Origin: Callorhinchus milii | Taxonomy: Eukaryota | Length of the DNA stretch: 64,000 nucleotides | Assembly (NCBI RefSeq): GCF_018977255.1 | Contig: NW_024704743.1 | Span: 12,898,001-12,962,000 of the forward strand | Direction of reading: 5' to 3' | In this document: piece after piece, positions 12,335 through 24,943 of the stretch | How positions within the stretch are numbered: position 1 is the first letter of the stretch | How the letters are laid out: each line of letters opens with the position of its first letter | The notes under the pieces: model-generated | Seen by the model: only the letters and a program-made list of their open reading frames with translations | Database searches by the model: none | What the model was told of the DNA's origin: nothing | Program-made: the position numbers and the translations under genes

Positions 12335-14085
12335 ACAACAACAACAACAACAAGATTCCATTTATAAAGCGCCTTTCACGTCAGGAGGACGTCCCAAGGC
12401 GCTGCACAGTTGGGTCATGACCCGAGCAGGGGGGAAATGGTCAGGGGAGGGGAGGGAGCGAGGAGGGGGGAAATGGTCAGGGTGAGGGGAGGGATGGGAG
12501 GGAGCGAGAAGGGGGAAGAGAGTCGAGAGGGGAGCTGAAGGCTCGGTCAAAGAGAAAGGTTTTGAGACCGGCCTTGAAGGAGGAGAGGGAGGAAGCAAGG
12601 CGAAGGCACTGGGGGATAGAGTTCCAGAGCCTCGGGGCTGAGAGGCTGAAGGCCCGACCACCAATGGTAGGGTGATTGGGGCGGGGGACGTGGAGCAGAC
12701 CGGAGCCGGAGGAACGGAGGGTACGGGCAGGTAGGTAGGGGGATAGTAGGTTGGAGAGGTAGGAGGGAGCAAGGCCGTGAATGGCCTTGTAGGTGAGGAT
12801 GAGGATCTTGAAATCAATCCTCTGGGGGATGGGGAGCCAGTGGAGGCGAGCGAGGGTGGGAGTGATGTGGTCGCGAAGCCTGGTGCGGGACAGTACACGA
12901 GCTGCAGAGTTCTGAATGACCTGCAGCTTGTGGAGGGAGGTGGCGGGAAGGCCGGCGAGGAGAGAGTTCCCATAGTCCAGCCTTGAGGTGACAAAGGCGT
13001 GAACCAGGGTTTCAGCAGCGTGAGGGGTGAGGTAATGCCGTAGTCTGGCGATGTTCCGGAGGTGATGGAAGGCGGTGCCAGTTGTGGTGCGGATGTGAGG
13101 GAGAAAGGACAGCTCAGGGTCGAACAAAACGCCGAGGTTCCTGACTGGCTTTGAGAGGTGGAGAGTGCAGCCTTGGATGCTGATGGTGTCGGCGCCTGAG
13201 GTGCGGAGGCGCTGACGTGAGCCAATCAGGAGGGCCTCGGTTTTTCGCACGTTGAGCTGAAGAAAGTTGTCTCTCGTCCAGGACTCGATGTCGGACAGGC
13301 AGCTGTCAGGACATCGGTGGTCGTGGAGTTGAGAGTAGAGGAGGAAAGGTAGAGTTGGGTGTCATCCGCATACATGTGGAAGTTAACTCCATGTCTGCGG
13401 ATGATGTCACCACAGGGGGAGCATATAGAGGGTGAAGAGGAGGACAGAGCCCTGAGGGACTCCACATGAGACAGTACGGGGGGTGGAGGAGAAGCCATTC
13501 GTCGAGACAAAGTGAAGACGGTGAGAAAGGTACGACCTAAACCACTCAAGGACAGTGCCTTGAAGGTTGAGGTGGGAGGACAAGCGGTGGAGTAGGATAG
13601 CGTGGTCGACCGTATCGAATGCTGCCGATAGGTCGAGGAGGACGAGGAGGCAGAGGGAGCCCTGGTCACAGATGGTCAGGATATCATTGGTGACCTTGAC
13701 CAGGGCAGTTTCTGTGCTATGGGCAGCACGGAAACCTGACTGAAGGGGTTCGAAAAGAGAATGGGTGGAAAGGAAAGAGCGCAGTTGGGAGGCGACAACT
13801 CTTTCCAGGACCTTGGAGAGAAAGGGGAGGTTGGAGATGGGCCGGTAGCTTGATAGCTGCGACGCATCAAGGGAGGGTTTTTTCAGGGTGGGCGTGATGG
13901 TGGCAGTTTTTAAGGGAATGGGGACAGAGCCAGAGGAGAGGGACAGGTTGATGATGTCGGTGATATGTGGGGCAAGAAAGTGGAGCTGGGAGATAAGGAG
14001 TGGAGTGGGGATGGGGTCAAGGGAGCAGGTGGTTGGTTTTAGGGATAGGATGAGTTTCGTGACCGAGGGTGGGGAAACGGGTACA
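12335..14085 (-). mobile_element. Young L2 LINE, 5'-truncated
   Basis: [45 protein letters not shown]; 257-aa open C-terminal frame; CpG-rich; (caa)n tail. Confidence 0.95.
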
Positions 14086-14344
14086 AAATTACTAATAATA
14101 ATCCTTGCAATTGATATAGAGCCTTAACATGTGGTCAAAAAATATCAAAGTGCTTCACAGAAATTAATGTAATGGTTGTATTTGTAAATGAATGTGACAT
14201 AGCAATATCTCACAAACAGCTATGAAGTGAATGATCAATTGTATGTGGGGAATTCTTGGCCAGGACACTGGGAGAAACTCTTTTCTATTCTCAGGGAAAA
14301 CAAGGACAGACAATAGGTGCTTGTCCTTGTCCACACTATTCATG

Positions 14345-15113
14345 GCTGCTCTCCTCACCTCACCAAACCAATACAAAACCTTAGTGTCCTTTTTGACCCC
14401 AGCTATCCTTCAAAACTCAAATTTGTGCTGTAACCAGTTCGATCTTTCCCCTCCTCCGCAAAATTGCCTGCCTCCTCCACTGCCTCTCACCACAGGCCAC
14501 CGAGACACTGATCCACGCTTTCATCACGTCCCAGCTTGACTAAACCAGCTGCCTGCTCACTGGACTTCCCAACTCTTTCCTCCACAAGCTCCAGATTATT
14601 CAGAACTCTGCAGCTCATGTCCTCTCCTGCCCCACGCTGCACGAGCCAATCACCCACTTCTTACCCAACTTTACTGGCTCCCTGTCCCTCAGAGAATTGA
14701 GTACAAAACCCTGGTTCTTACCTTCAAAACCCTTCAGTCTTGCTCCTCCTTTCCTCTCTGACCTCCTAACCCCATTTCAGCTTGTCCACTTCCTCCACTA
14801 GCGGACACTGGCCTGCTTCAGGTTCCTGCCCCACTATTGGTGGTTGACCATTCAGCATCACTGCCCCACACTCTGGAACTCTATCCCGCAAACCCTCCAC
14901 CTCACCCCCTTTCTTGCCTCCTTCATGTCCCATCTAAAGACCTTCCTCTTCGACCATGGCTTTGGTCACCCTCCAACCCCCATCCCTCCTGCCCTCCATC
15001 CATCCAGAACCCAATTCCAGCTCGGGTCCAAAAAAACTCTGACTGTCCAGCACCCTGAGATGTCTTACTGATGTGAAGGCTATACAAGTGTAAGTTTTTG
15101 TTGTTGTTGTTGT
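14345..15113 (+). mobile_element. Old L2 3' fragment
   Basis: Degenerate match to the other L2 3' ends; (ttg)n tail at ~15098-15113. Confidence 0.85.
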
Positions 15114-16367
15114 AGTACTGCCAGCATTGCCTTATCCTGGAATGAGAAAAAAATCCACCAAACATTGCCTGTGCACAAATCGATGATTCAATTAAGTTAA
15201 AACTAGAGAGATACTTACTAAGGAGCTATATATTTAGGTGATGTAAAATAAGGAGGTATACACCAAGGAGAAATAACTAAGGAGCCATGAATAGTATAAA
15301 TCTAGAGATTTCAGGTTTAATCAACCCATTGATAAAGTGAAATATCATGGAACAGTAATTCATTGGAATATAGTGAAAATAATTTGCTATTAAAAAAACT
15401 CCAACAATCTATTTAAAGCAAAATGAAATTCTGTGCTAGAATAATCAGATTTTTTAAAATTTGCAATTCCCCTATATTGCTAATTTCTGGTGTGCTTGAC
15501 TGCATTCTGTAGACTTGTAACTGTGCCAAGGCCGTATTAACAATGCTCATGTAATTCATTAACTAGCTTGTAACATAACAGGACATTTGTTGTTTAGACT
15601 CAAGACTCGCTTTAGCAAAAACTACATTTCAGTTTCTTGAAAACTGTTTTTTTACTCAGCTTTTGGGGGTATTCCAGTTAAGGTTGAGCACACACAGTAC
15701 ATTCAGACTTCCCTTTATTCTCTAGTCAGTGTCAAATCATGATTAGTGTATTCCTGTGTAATGTTCCATTTCCACAAAAGTACAGACACGATTGAATGAT
15801 CACATGAGATATCCTCTAGTTACGTAACTGTTTATACGTGACAGTCATTGCTGAAGATCATTGAAGTGACCTTGGGTAAGTGTTGATCTACAGATTTACT
15901 GCATCTAAAAGAACCAATTTAAATCCTAGCCTTGAATTGCACCAAATTATCAATACCTCCATTCATTCAATAGACATCATGGATGAAACTGTCAGTTCAC
16001 GTAAGCTATACCAATTACTAGAGCAATGCATGGATTTTTTGAACCAGTTCTATCTCCATCTTAATTGCACATCTTAAAAAGAACTTTGGAAAACTGGCTT
16101 CCAAATGACATCCTTCGAATGAGTCTTTGAACTGAGGCTCCCGTCTGCCTGAACAGGGGGACATTAAAGATCCCCAGGCACTATTCAAAAAGAGAGGGAA
16201 ATTGCTCCTAGTGTCCTGGTCAAAAAATCTCCCAAATAAAATTGGTCACTCACTCCATGGCAGTTTGTGGGACATTGTTGTGCATAATGTGAGATGTCTT
16301 GACGTATACCAATTACAAAAATTATTATTACTGTTGTTGTGCACTTATGCAAATAAAAAAAATACAC

Positions 16368-16529
16368 ATCAAAGCCCAATTTGACTTCTGCATTTGAAGA
16401 CTGATATGGACAGTTAGATGGGAGAGTAGTCGGCATTCTACTATTTCATTAGTTTTAATTGGCAACAGGCTCTTAAAATCTGGAAACCTTCCATGAATGA
16501 TCAATAATCGCACCCATATCTTTGCTTCT
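16368..16529 (-). CDS. Putative exon of the unnamed gene (UPA-like)
   Basis: ttgcattcacaatag|A ... TTGAT|gtgtat, 162 nt, phase 2 to 2; reads EAKIWVRLLIIHGRFPDFKSLLPIKTNEIVECRLLSHLTVHISLQMQKSNWAL; joins the 17379 donor in phase. Confidence 0.45.
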
Positions 16530-16653
16530 CTATTGTGAATGCAAGTTTACTCTTGTTCAGTATATATTGCCTTGCATTTATCTACATTAAAATTCATCCA
16601 CCATTCACTGATCAGTTTAGTTCTCTGTAAACATGATTTATTCTCCTTATATC

Positions 16654-16957
16654 ATAATAATAATAATAATCCTTGCATTTGATGTAGCGCTTTTCAAGTC
16701 TTCTAGACGTCCCCAAGTGCTTCACAGAATATACAGAAAACTATATATTTGTGGGCAAACGCGGCAGCCAATTGTGCACAGCAGTGTCCCACAAACAGTC
16801 ATGGATTGAAAATGACCAATTTATTATTGTTTTGTTTTTTTGGAGGGATTATTATTAGACGTGTGGAGTAAGGAAACTTGCCCAAGGTTTCGCCCTGCCT
16901 TGAAATGAATTCAGGTCTCTCACTTGCAAAGCAAGTGTTCTAACCACTGAGCTACAC
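16654..16957 (-). mobile_element. tRNA(Ala)-headed SINE with L2-like tail
   Basis: Same family as 28111-28425; (taa)n tail. Confidence 0.9.
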
Positions 16958-17378
16958 CTACCATATAACTAGGCCTCTTAAATAAATATGATAATACAAT
17001 ATTCTCCCTTCAAACTCCCTTCTCTCTCTAATAGTTCATGGGTTATATAATTTTCACCTCACAACCAACCAGATGGAACCTCAGTTTAACAATTCATTAT
17101 AAGAAGGACAGCTCCTCTGCCATTGCAGCTCTCCTTGTTGCTTTACTGGAATGTGGCTTTAACTATGAGCTCAAATCTCAATATGAGACTTAAATCTCCA
17201 ACCTTCTGACTCAAAAGCGAGAGTGCTACCAAATGAGCCAAGCTGTCACACAGTTGCATCCAGAGGCACGTAAAGTTAACAAAGAAGTGCAGAGAAAGGG
17301 GCAGCCAAGAAACACAATCTTATCTGAGTTCATTATTATAAGTTACTGTAGCTGTTACTTTTCTTTATCTAAACCAAC

Positions 17379-17626
17379 GGCTGCATATCAGCACATTCCA
17401 AGAGTTTTGAAATAATAACTTGACAAAGTTCAGAATCAGTGTTGATGGCATGGATTATCCGACAGTAGGAAGCGAAGGATAACTTTTTCTTTTGCTTCCT
17501 TGCAATTTGTCCTGGATTTAACCTGAACATTATGATACATCGGAACATGGTTTTACTCCTGCTGCAGTCTGGACCCATTAGATTGCTTTCTATCATTTTT
17601 TTCTGATCAGAATAATTCCTGAGTTT
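17379..17626 (-). CDS. Putative exon of the unnamed gene (ZU5/UPA junction); 5' boundary uncertain (17626, 17602 or 17522)
   Basis: Open frame KLRNYSDQKKMIESNLMGPDCSRSKTMFRCIIMFRLNPGQIARKQKKKLSFASYCRIIHAINTDSELCQVIISKLLECADMQP; donor CC|gttggt is phase 2. Confidence 0.45.
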
Positions 17627-19642
17627 CTACCTACAGGAATCTTTGAGACCTCATCAAAATCTAAAAACTCATCTTAATGCTTGCTGCCAGATCATAAAAT
17701 AGTATTTAATAGTATATTAAATATTAATAGTATATTACATAGTCTTTGATAACGTAGATTCAAAGTAAGGCGAGCAAAAGCAAACATAAAGTGCAAAAGC
17801 ATTTTATCAGTAAAGGGTGATTAGCAAATGGCACATCTAACATTAGCATAAGTGGTCAAACAAGGGACTAAAAAGGGGTCCAAAAAGGAACTAAACAAGA
17901 TCTTGGAAATTTGAAGAAGAAAGATTTGGAGTTATTAAATGTATGTGTTGAAGGAATCTTTTAAAAGGAGCCAAGGGAATTGTTTTCTCTTATTACAATT
18001 TGCCTTGAATTTAACTTGAACATTGCATTACATTGCAGCACACATTTTACTTCTTACAGTGTATCGATGTCAGCATCGAATAACCCTCATTTTTTGGGAT
18101 GTAAGGTGGGTAGACCAAGTGGAATAGTGATTTATCCCTGCATGAAACTGTTACAATGTTACTGCTGTATGGCCATTGATACTATGTTCAATGTTGCTGT
18201 ATACCTAGCTCCATTTCATTTTTAGAAAATAATTCCTGATGCTTTGAGTTGTCCTTCTGACATGAAAGAAACTATATCAAATGTAAGGATTATTATCATT
18301 AATAAGCTTGAGTAAAACAGCTATGCTAGGTTTATCTAAGTGGAGAATGAGTCAGGGGGCTCAGGAGGCATTAGATGCTCAAAACAGTTACAACCACTGG
18401 TGGCAGATTAGCTGCAATACACCTTATGTGACATTTAAAAGAGGTACTGCTATAGTTTTGCATGTGTAGGTGGGATTCATGGAATTCTCAGTTTGGTTTG
18501 GATAATCTTAAGCACGGTGATGGGTTTCCGCATGTGTCAGACACTCCGCCAAGCAAAAAAACCCGGAAAATTTGGAAACTTCTAATGAACACACATGTAT
18601 TAGAGCTGGGCTGATACTCATTTCTTATTCTTACACCATATCAATATGGGATAGTTTCAACTGCAGAGCATAATGGCAGAAGGATATTATGTAAACTGAT
18701 TTCTCATTGGCCAAACTCACTGTACCATCCCAGCCCTCAATACAAACCTTTCCTCTTTCATTAACTATAAACTACACCCTTGCACACATTGATAAATTGT
18801 TCCCTCCAGGTGCATTTAAGTCTCATAAATCTCATAGTCTGTTTTATGAGTGATAATTAAACATTCCAAAATGATAACATGTAAGAATTGTTGAGTAAGG
18901 TGACACTTGAGCTCAGCTTAATCTTCTACATATAAACCATTGTACATTCTGACCTTGTTGAACAGCTACAAACCAAGATTAAATAATTAGAATAGCAAAC
19001 AATAGGAAAAAAGAAAGATTTACAATGCAGTGTACACTTGTACAGCACCTTTCAGAGGGTTTCACAAAGAGTCTCAAAGTGATCAATGCTTTAAGTTACT
19101 CCACTTTACCATATATTTTGTGAAGCTCTTTGAGATGTCTCAATGATGTGTTGAGGCACTATATCAAATGGAAGGATTATCATATAAATACATGGGTAGT
19201 ATATATTTATCAAAAATCTTGCTCTCATTTTATAGGGTGACCTATTGAGCTGACAATTGGCCTGTCCATTCACCACCTATTGAGACATCAATTTGGTATC
19301 CATTTCATGTCCAAAGAACTTTTGGTCTGCCCAGTGCTCTATGCGTTGTGTTGCCCATTGAACTGTTTATTGGCCTGTCCATTAATCTATTCATAGCTCT
19401 ATTCATTGAGTTGTCTATAAGGCTATCAATTCTTCTATCCATTGATTGCCCTTTGGATTATTCTTTGACCGTCAATTAAGAAACATTAGGAAGTAGAGCC
19501 AAAATTGATTTAATTCATTTTGTTTATGCTGCTCTTCTTGCAACTATGTTATGGTGAAATTTGGATGTGAATTATGGTGATCAACACAAATGCTGTTTTA
19601 TGGAGATTCACTGCGGAAAATGCAGTGCAAACTACATAATTC

Positions 19643-19997
19643 TGGAGTCCTGTAGTTTAGCAGTTAGAGCACTCGCAAGCGAGAAGACCTAGGTTTGATT
19701 CCTGGGCAGGGTGAAACTTTGGGCAAGTTTTCTTACTCTGCATACCTCTGTTTAACTAGCAGTAAGTAGGAACCCGGTTGTTAATCGATAGGTGGATCGC
19801 TTTTCTGGGGGTAATAATGGCTTCAAAATCCCTCAATCCATGACTGTTTGTGGCTCATTCTGTGTGCATTTGACTGCCATGGTTCACCCACAAAATATAA
19901 AGTCAATTCATTTTGCAGTAATTCTGTGAAGCACTTTGAGACACCTCGAAGACATGTGAAAGTGCTATATCAAATACAAGAATTATTATTATTATTA
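19643..19997 (+). mobile_element. tRNA-headed SINE (variant subfamily)
   Basis: ggagtcctgtagtttagcagttagagcactcgc... ending caagaattattattattatt. Confidence 0.88.
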
Positions 19998-22140
19998 AAT
20001 CTTTGAACGCAAATGTTTCTTGCCATAATTGGACACAATCGTCCCATAAATGATCTCAGAGTATTTTTTTAATTGCCTTAAAGGCAGTTCCTTGAATGTC
20101 ATCCGAAGAATGCCTCCAACTGTCCTCTAGCATTGAACTTGTGGCTGCCTTTAACTTACACAAAGCGGCAAAAATCGAATTGAGTACACTATACCCAGAA
20201 ACACAAATTAGGCCTTTTATTTATCCATTAACTCTGTTAATGAGACAACAGCTCACAACTCTGCACCACTTTGATGTCATTTAAAACTTAGTCTAGGTTT
20301 CCAGACTAAGTTTGGCACAGTCAACATCGAGCGCAGCACAGAATAGGCCTTATGCTAAGACAACGACAATTTGTATAGCTGTTATATTTCAGTATAATGT
20401 GCCATTTTCATTAATCATCAGAGTGAAAGGGCAATCTTTAAGTGCTTGTAAAGTTATAGCTGTCATGACACCAGAAACCCTTAACTAACACAATCTGATG
20501 TGTTTTTGTAGTAAGGGCTGAGGGGTCGGCACTCACTGTGGCTGGTATGAAATCTGAGGTTTCATTATATCAGTGCTTTTTCTATATATCAAATGCAAGG
20601 AATATTATTATTATTAAAGATAAAATTTCCCCATATTTTGGAACTCCATTCTGGAGTGCCTCTGAATTGCACTCTCCCTCCTCACTTTCAAAGCCCACCT
20701 CAAGACTTACCTCTTTGACTGCGGTTTTAGTCATCTTTCCTCTCTCCCCCCCCGCAACACACACACTCTTCAGCTCTCCCCACCTCAGCTACCCAGCCAG
20801 TTACGTAAAGCTCTTTTAGACATATTCCCAACCTGAAAGCTGTTATATATTTATGTATTGCATAAAATGATATTCATCAGTTAAAATATTGAACATACAT
20901 CTTGTGCTAGTTTGTTAAAGTCTGGAGATGAGGCTTTATTACCACACCTACCACCTGTACTAGCAGCAGTACTCAAGGGCACTGCTGATGACTGACTAGC
21001 CAGCCTGGTCTTATCAGCAGGACTTAGAGAACAGTCATTCAGATCAGGGACCATTCCCACTGAGCTTCTGATAACCCTGCAAGCCAAAGGCTTAATTTAG
21101 TAGGGTGGACCTAACTGGACAAGTAGCAGGAGACTTGCCAGGCAGTGCTCACAATTGCAGTTTGTCTAATCTGCTGTACAATACAACAATACCTTGGGAT
21201 GTCCTTCCGACATGAATGGCGCTATACAAATGTAATTTCTTGTTGTTTTAGATGGTTATACTCCAGTATAACTCCAACACACATGATTTGGGTCTCGCCA
21301 TCCTGTACCTAATACCTTCTGCAAAGAGAAAGCAAGGTGCATGCCACCAGCAGGAGAATACATGTGACATTCCAAACACAAGGAAATTTGAATGAAATGC
21401 TCAGATGCTCCAGCACAAAGTGTATATGAATATCATTTTATTGCAAGCTAAAATGCTGGATGTGTAAGCATTGACAAGACCTATTTTCTCATCTGCTGTA
21501 CTAGCACTCATTTTTTTAATATACCCTTAGTCCTAAATGTGGAGATGTACAGCTCAGCCTCCTACAGGAATGTCAGATCATAGAGCATTCCTTAAGGAGC
21601 ATCAGCTGCATTGAATAATGTTTGGCTCAGTGTATGATGCAATAACATATTTCAGAAGAAACATATCATTAAGCAATGGAAACAACACTAGTTTCTAATC
21701 CATGATATTGCTGTCATAAAAATGACACATAGTGGTTTTACACCTCACCTTTGAAGAATGCAAAGTACAAACACTCAAAAACAAATATTGTCATTTATTC
21801 TGTAATTCACAAGCATTCAATCACTCCACATTGTTACAATCAAATATATCGAATCAACATTTACACACCTTAAGCACACATATTTCAGTAATTCACACTG
21901 CCGCATACTATTCCCAGCTTGTTCTACAGCCCACAGAAAGCTTCAAAACCACTGAACCGAAGTATTGCTGTGCCAGGTGTCACTAATAAAGATATTAATC
22001 ACTGTTTAGATTCTCTTGAAACAGCACACCCATAACATATCAACTAAAGGCTGCAATCCATTCTAAATTCCTTCTTATTTGATTAACTGACTAGCTCAAT
22101 CATGTTTACAGAATTATTATAGGTTCATTATTCTCTACAA

Positions 22141-22960
22141 GTTCAGTTGGTAGCACTCTTGTCTCTGAATCAGAAAGTTGTGAGTTCAAGCCTCACATAG
22201 GACTTTGAACTCACATAGTGTAGGGCACTGACATACCAATTTAATGCTGGGGTGCATTAGTGGAGTCTTGTAGCTCAATGGTTAGAGCACTCGCTTTGCA
22301 AGCGAGAGACCTGGGTTCAATTCCCGGCAGGGTGAAACATTGGGCAAATTTCCTTACTCCACACGCCTGATAATAAACCCTCAAAAAAAACAATAATAAA
22401 TTGGTCATTTCAATCCACAACTGTTTGTAGGACACTGCTGTGCGCAATTGGCTGCCGCATTTCTCCCACAAATATACAGTCAATACACTTTACAGTCTAT
22501 TCTGTGAAGCGCTTTGAGACATCTAGAAGACGTGAAAAGGGCTATATAAAAAAAAATACAAAAAAAAAAGCAAATCCATTACATTGTTGGAGGTGCCATC
22601 ATTTGGATGAGACATTAAACTCAAGCATTTATCTTCTCAATGTGAAATGTGTTATTTAAATGTAAATTGTATTGTAAAAGTAGATTAATTGAAACTTTGT
22701 ATTGTAAACCAAGGTCCCGTCTGCCTATTCAGGTGGATGTTAAAGATCCCATAGCACTAACTTGAAAAGAGAATCCCTCAGATAAAATTGGTCATTAACT
22801 TCAAGGCTGTTTGTGGGGCATTGCTGATCACAAATTGACTGCTGTGATCATCTACAAAATAAACTGGCATGACACTTTACAGTAAATCCTGTGAAGCACA
22901 ATGAGACGTCCTCCTCACATGAAAGGGCCAATATCAAATGCTAGGATTATTGTTATTATT
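22141..22960 (+). mobile_element. Old Deu-type SINE interrupted by a younger tRNA(Ala) SINE at 22262-22570
   Basis: Old head at 22141; core ggaggtgccatcatttggatgagacattaaac resumes at ~22589; the young SINE between them ends in an A-rich run. Confidence 0.75.
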
Positions 22961-23065
22961 TATAATACGGTACTATTGTGGTATGGTACTAATGTATCTG
23001 GAAACGGATTCTGGGCCACTGAACACATAACAAAACTGTGTTTAAACTGTTCAATGAGGCCTCAC

Positions 23066-23265
23066 AAATAGATTAATTGAAACTTTGGGTCCACGGAAGC
23101 TCAGATACATAGAGTGTGACTCATATACATTAAGTATAACAGGGTACATTAGGACTTCATATACATGATCAAATTGTGGGACTTCACGCATGTACATTGA
23201 AACTGCATCCACACTGTACAATGACCCTTCATCTACATATAGTGAAAGTGTGGATACACTGTACA
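23066..23265 (-). CDS. Exon of the unnamed gene (ZU5-like)
   Basis: ttgttccattctactcaaatctacag|TG ... TTT|gtgagg, 200 nt, phase 1 to 0; reads YSVSTLSLYVDEGSLYSVDAVSMYMREVPQFDHVYEVLMYPVILNVYESHSMYLSFRGPKVSINLF. Confidence 0.7.
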
Positions 23266-23369
23266 CTGTAGATTTGAGTAGAATGGAACAAAATAGTTTA
23301 AGGTTCACTCACACTGAATCCCATCAAGATATATTGTCTGGACAATTCCCATAAGTATACTGTGTTCCC

Positions 23370-23830
23370 TCATAGATGCACTGGGCTGACATACTGGCCT
23401 CAGCGTCCCTGGTTAGGGAGGCAAAAATAACTGGTGTTCCTACTTCTGATCAGAATCAAGAATCCTCGTGCAAAGGTATGTGGAGGTTGGGTAACGAAAC
23501 GACTGAGCCCAGCTGTCATATCCCAACAGTCGAATAACCTACCAACATCTACCATCAAAGAAGTTTCTCTCAGGGTCCTGGCTGACAATCTGCCAAATAC
23601 AATTGGTCATTCACTCCATGGTTGTTTGTCAGACATTGCTGTGCACAAATTGGCTGTCATGTTCACCTACAAAATACACACAGTCACTACACTCTACAGT
23701 AAATCTTGTGAAGCGCTTTGAGATGTTATGTTAAGGCATTGTTTGCAAGGATTATTATAAGTCTCACATACATGACTAATGGCCACTTGAGCGAGGTACA
23801 GACGGGTGACTGATGACTGTGGAACCAGTA
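23370..23830 (+). mobile_element. LF-SINE-like relic, interrupted by a Deu-type SINE 3' fragment (~23560-23760)
   Basis: ctcagcgtccctggttagggaggcaaaaata...gtcgaataacct, resuming as ctcacatacatgactaatggccacttgagcgaggtac; resemblance judged from memory of the LF-SINE consensus; related copy at 48735-49090. Confidence 0.55.
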
Positions 23831-24289
23831 GAAAGAAAAAGTTGAAACAGAATCAACAGAGGAGAAAAGTAGAGGAGAAATAATTGATGGGAACAAAATC
23901 CAAAAATCCTCAGTGGGGGGTTTACATGCCACTTGGTCTGTGCTCCTGCAGGTAGACAAAGTACCTGAATTATTAACAAAGGTCAAATAGGTCATTCCCA
24001 GTAACAGAGTTGTCTAATTTGCATTATGATATCCAACATTCCTTGGGATGGTTTAATTTACCATCAGCAGTAATTTAAGATGTGAAAACACAGTAACTCA
24101 TGCATCAGTACTCAGCCTGTAAGCACAGCTAATTGTCCTGGGCTTTCTGCCCAATCAACCACAGTGGTTGCAAACAGGAGATTTCTGCTGCTCAAATTAT
24201 TTTATCAGCACGGTGCCATTTTATAATTCCACATAGTTTTTTTTAAAAAACAAATAATTTTTGTTAATGTATATTTCAGCAGCATGTAT

Positions 24290-24587
24290 ATATCGGCTTG
24301 GCTGGCTCTGGCCTCCTGTTTGTCTCTCGTACCTCCCCTCCACCATTGGTGGCTGCGCTTTCAGCCACTATGCCCCGAAGCTTTGGAACTCTCTCCCACA
24401 ATCTCTCAACCTTGCCCCCGCCTTCCCCTCTTTAGATCACGACTGAAGACTTTCCTCTTTGACCATGCTTATGGTCACCTCCTCCCTCCCCCAGTTCAGC
24501 GTTAAGCTCCACCATTGTTAAGTGCTTCGAGATGCTGCCCTGCATGAAGAGCGCTACATAAATACATAAATATTGGTGTTGTTGTTG
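24290..24587 (+). mobile_element. L2 3' end
   Basis: TIGGCAFSHYAPKLWNSLP; gttgttg tail. Confidence 0.85.
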
Positions 24588-24737
24588 TGTTCATGCCCTG
24601 GCATTATTAAGGGAATTGGGGAAGATTCATACACTTTTAGCATATGATATACCTGGATAAGCTGATGGTTATTTCCTGGTTATATCCTCTCCTCTCATCC
24701 CCCTTTCCCCCCCCTCCCCCCAATATTTCTTAGTTAC

Positions 24738-24943
24738 TAGAGATAAGCCTTCCTCCGCTGGAATTTCTTCTTCCCAAAAAAACTTTCCTGAATGGGTTAA
24801 TGGTTATCTGTTCATAGTGGTGTAAGCAGCAAACCAGTGGCACACGCTTGGTCATGGGCCAGATCATTTGTAGAGAGTCATCACCCTGAAATACCCGGAA
24901 ATGTGTACAACTGTTGAAAGAGAAGGAAAGAGCATCAACGTTC
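24738..24943 (-). CDS. Exon of the unnamed gene (end of N-terminal domain, start of ZU5-like)
   Basis: tttctgttgtgttacattgcag|G ... TCTA|gtaact, 206 nt, phase 2 to 1; reads NVDALSFSFNSCTHFRVFQGDDSLQMIWPMTKRVPLVCCLHHYEQITINPFRKVFLGRRNSSGGRLIS. Confidence 0.7.

Noticed and set aside
12362..13225. 287-aa Pro/Ser-rich ORF and similar long ORFs overlapping L2 or CR1 copies
   Set aside because: Alternative-frame or antisense readings of LINE sequence.
5246..18100. Plus-strand exon-like segments 5246-5338, 15894-16000 and 18060-18100
   Set aside because: Good-looking splice sites but no recognisable peptide or convincing chain. An antisense non-coding transcript cannot be excluded.
18635..21560. 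Several possible minus-strand micro-exons (near 18660, 18760, 20185, 20580, 21560)
   Set aside because: Too short and too numerous to distinguish from chance without RNA data.
22262..22335. tRNA-Ala(TGC)-like sequence (also at 28425, 19643, 49458, 55121, 60985)
   Set aside because: The acceptor stem does not close and the sequence continues into a SINE body; these are SINE heads, not tRNA genes.
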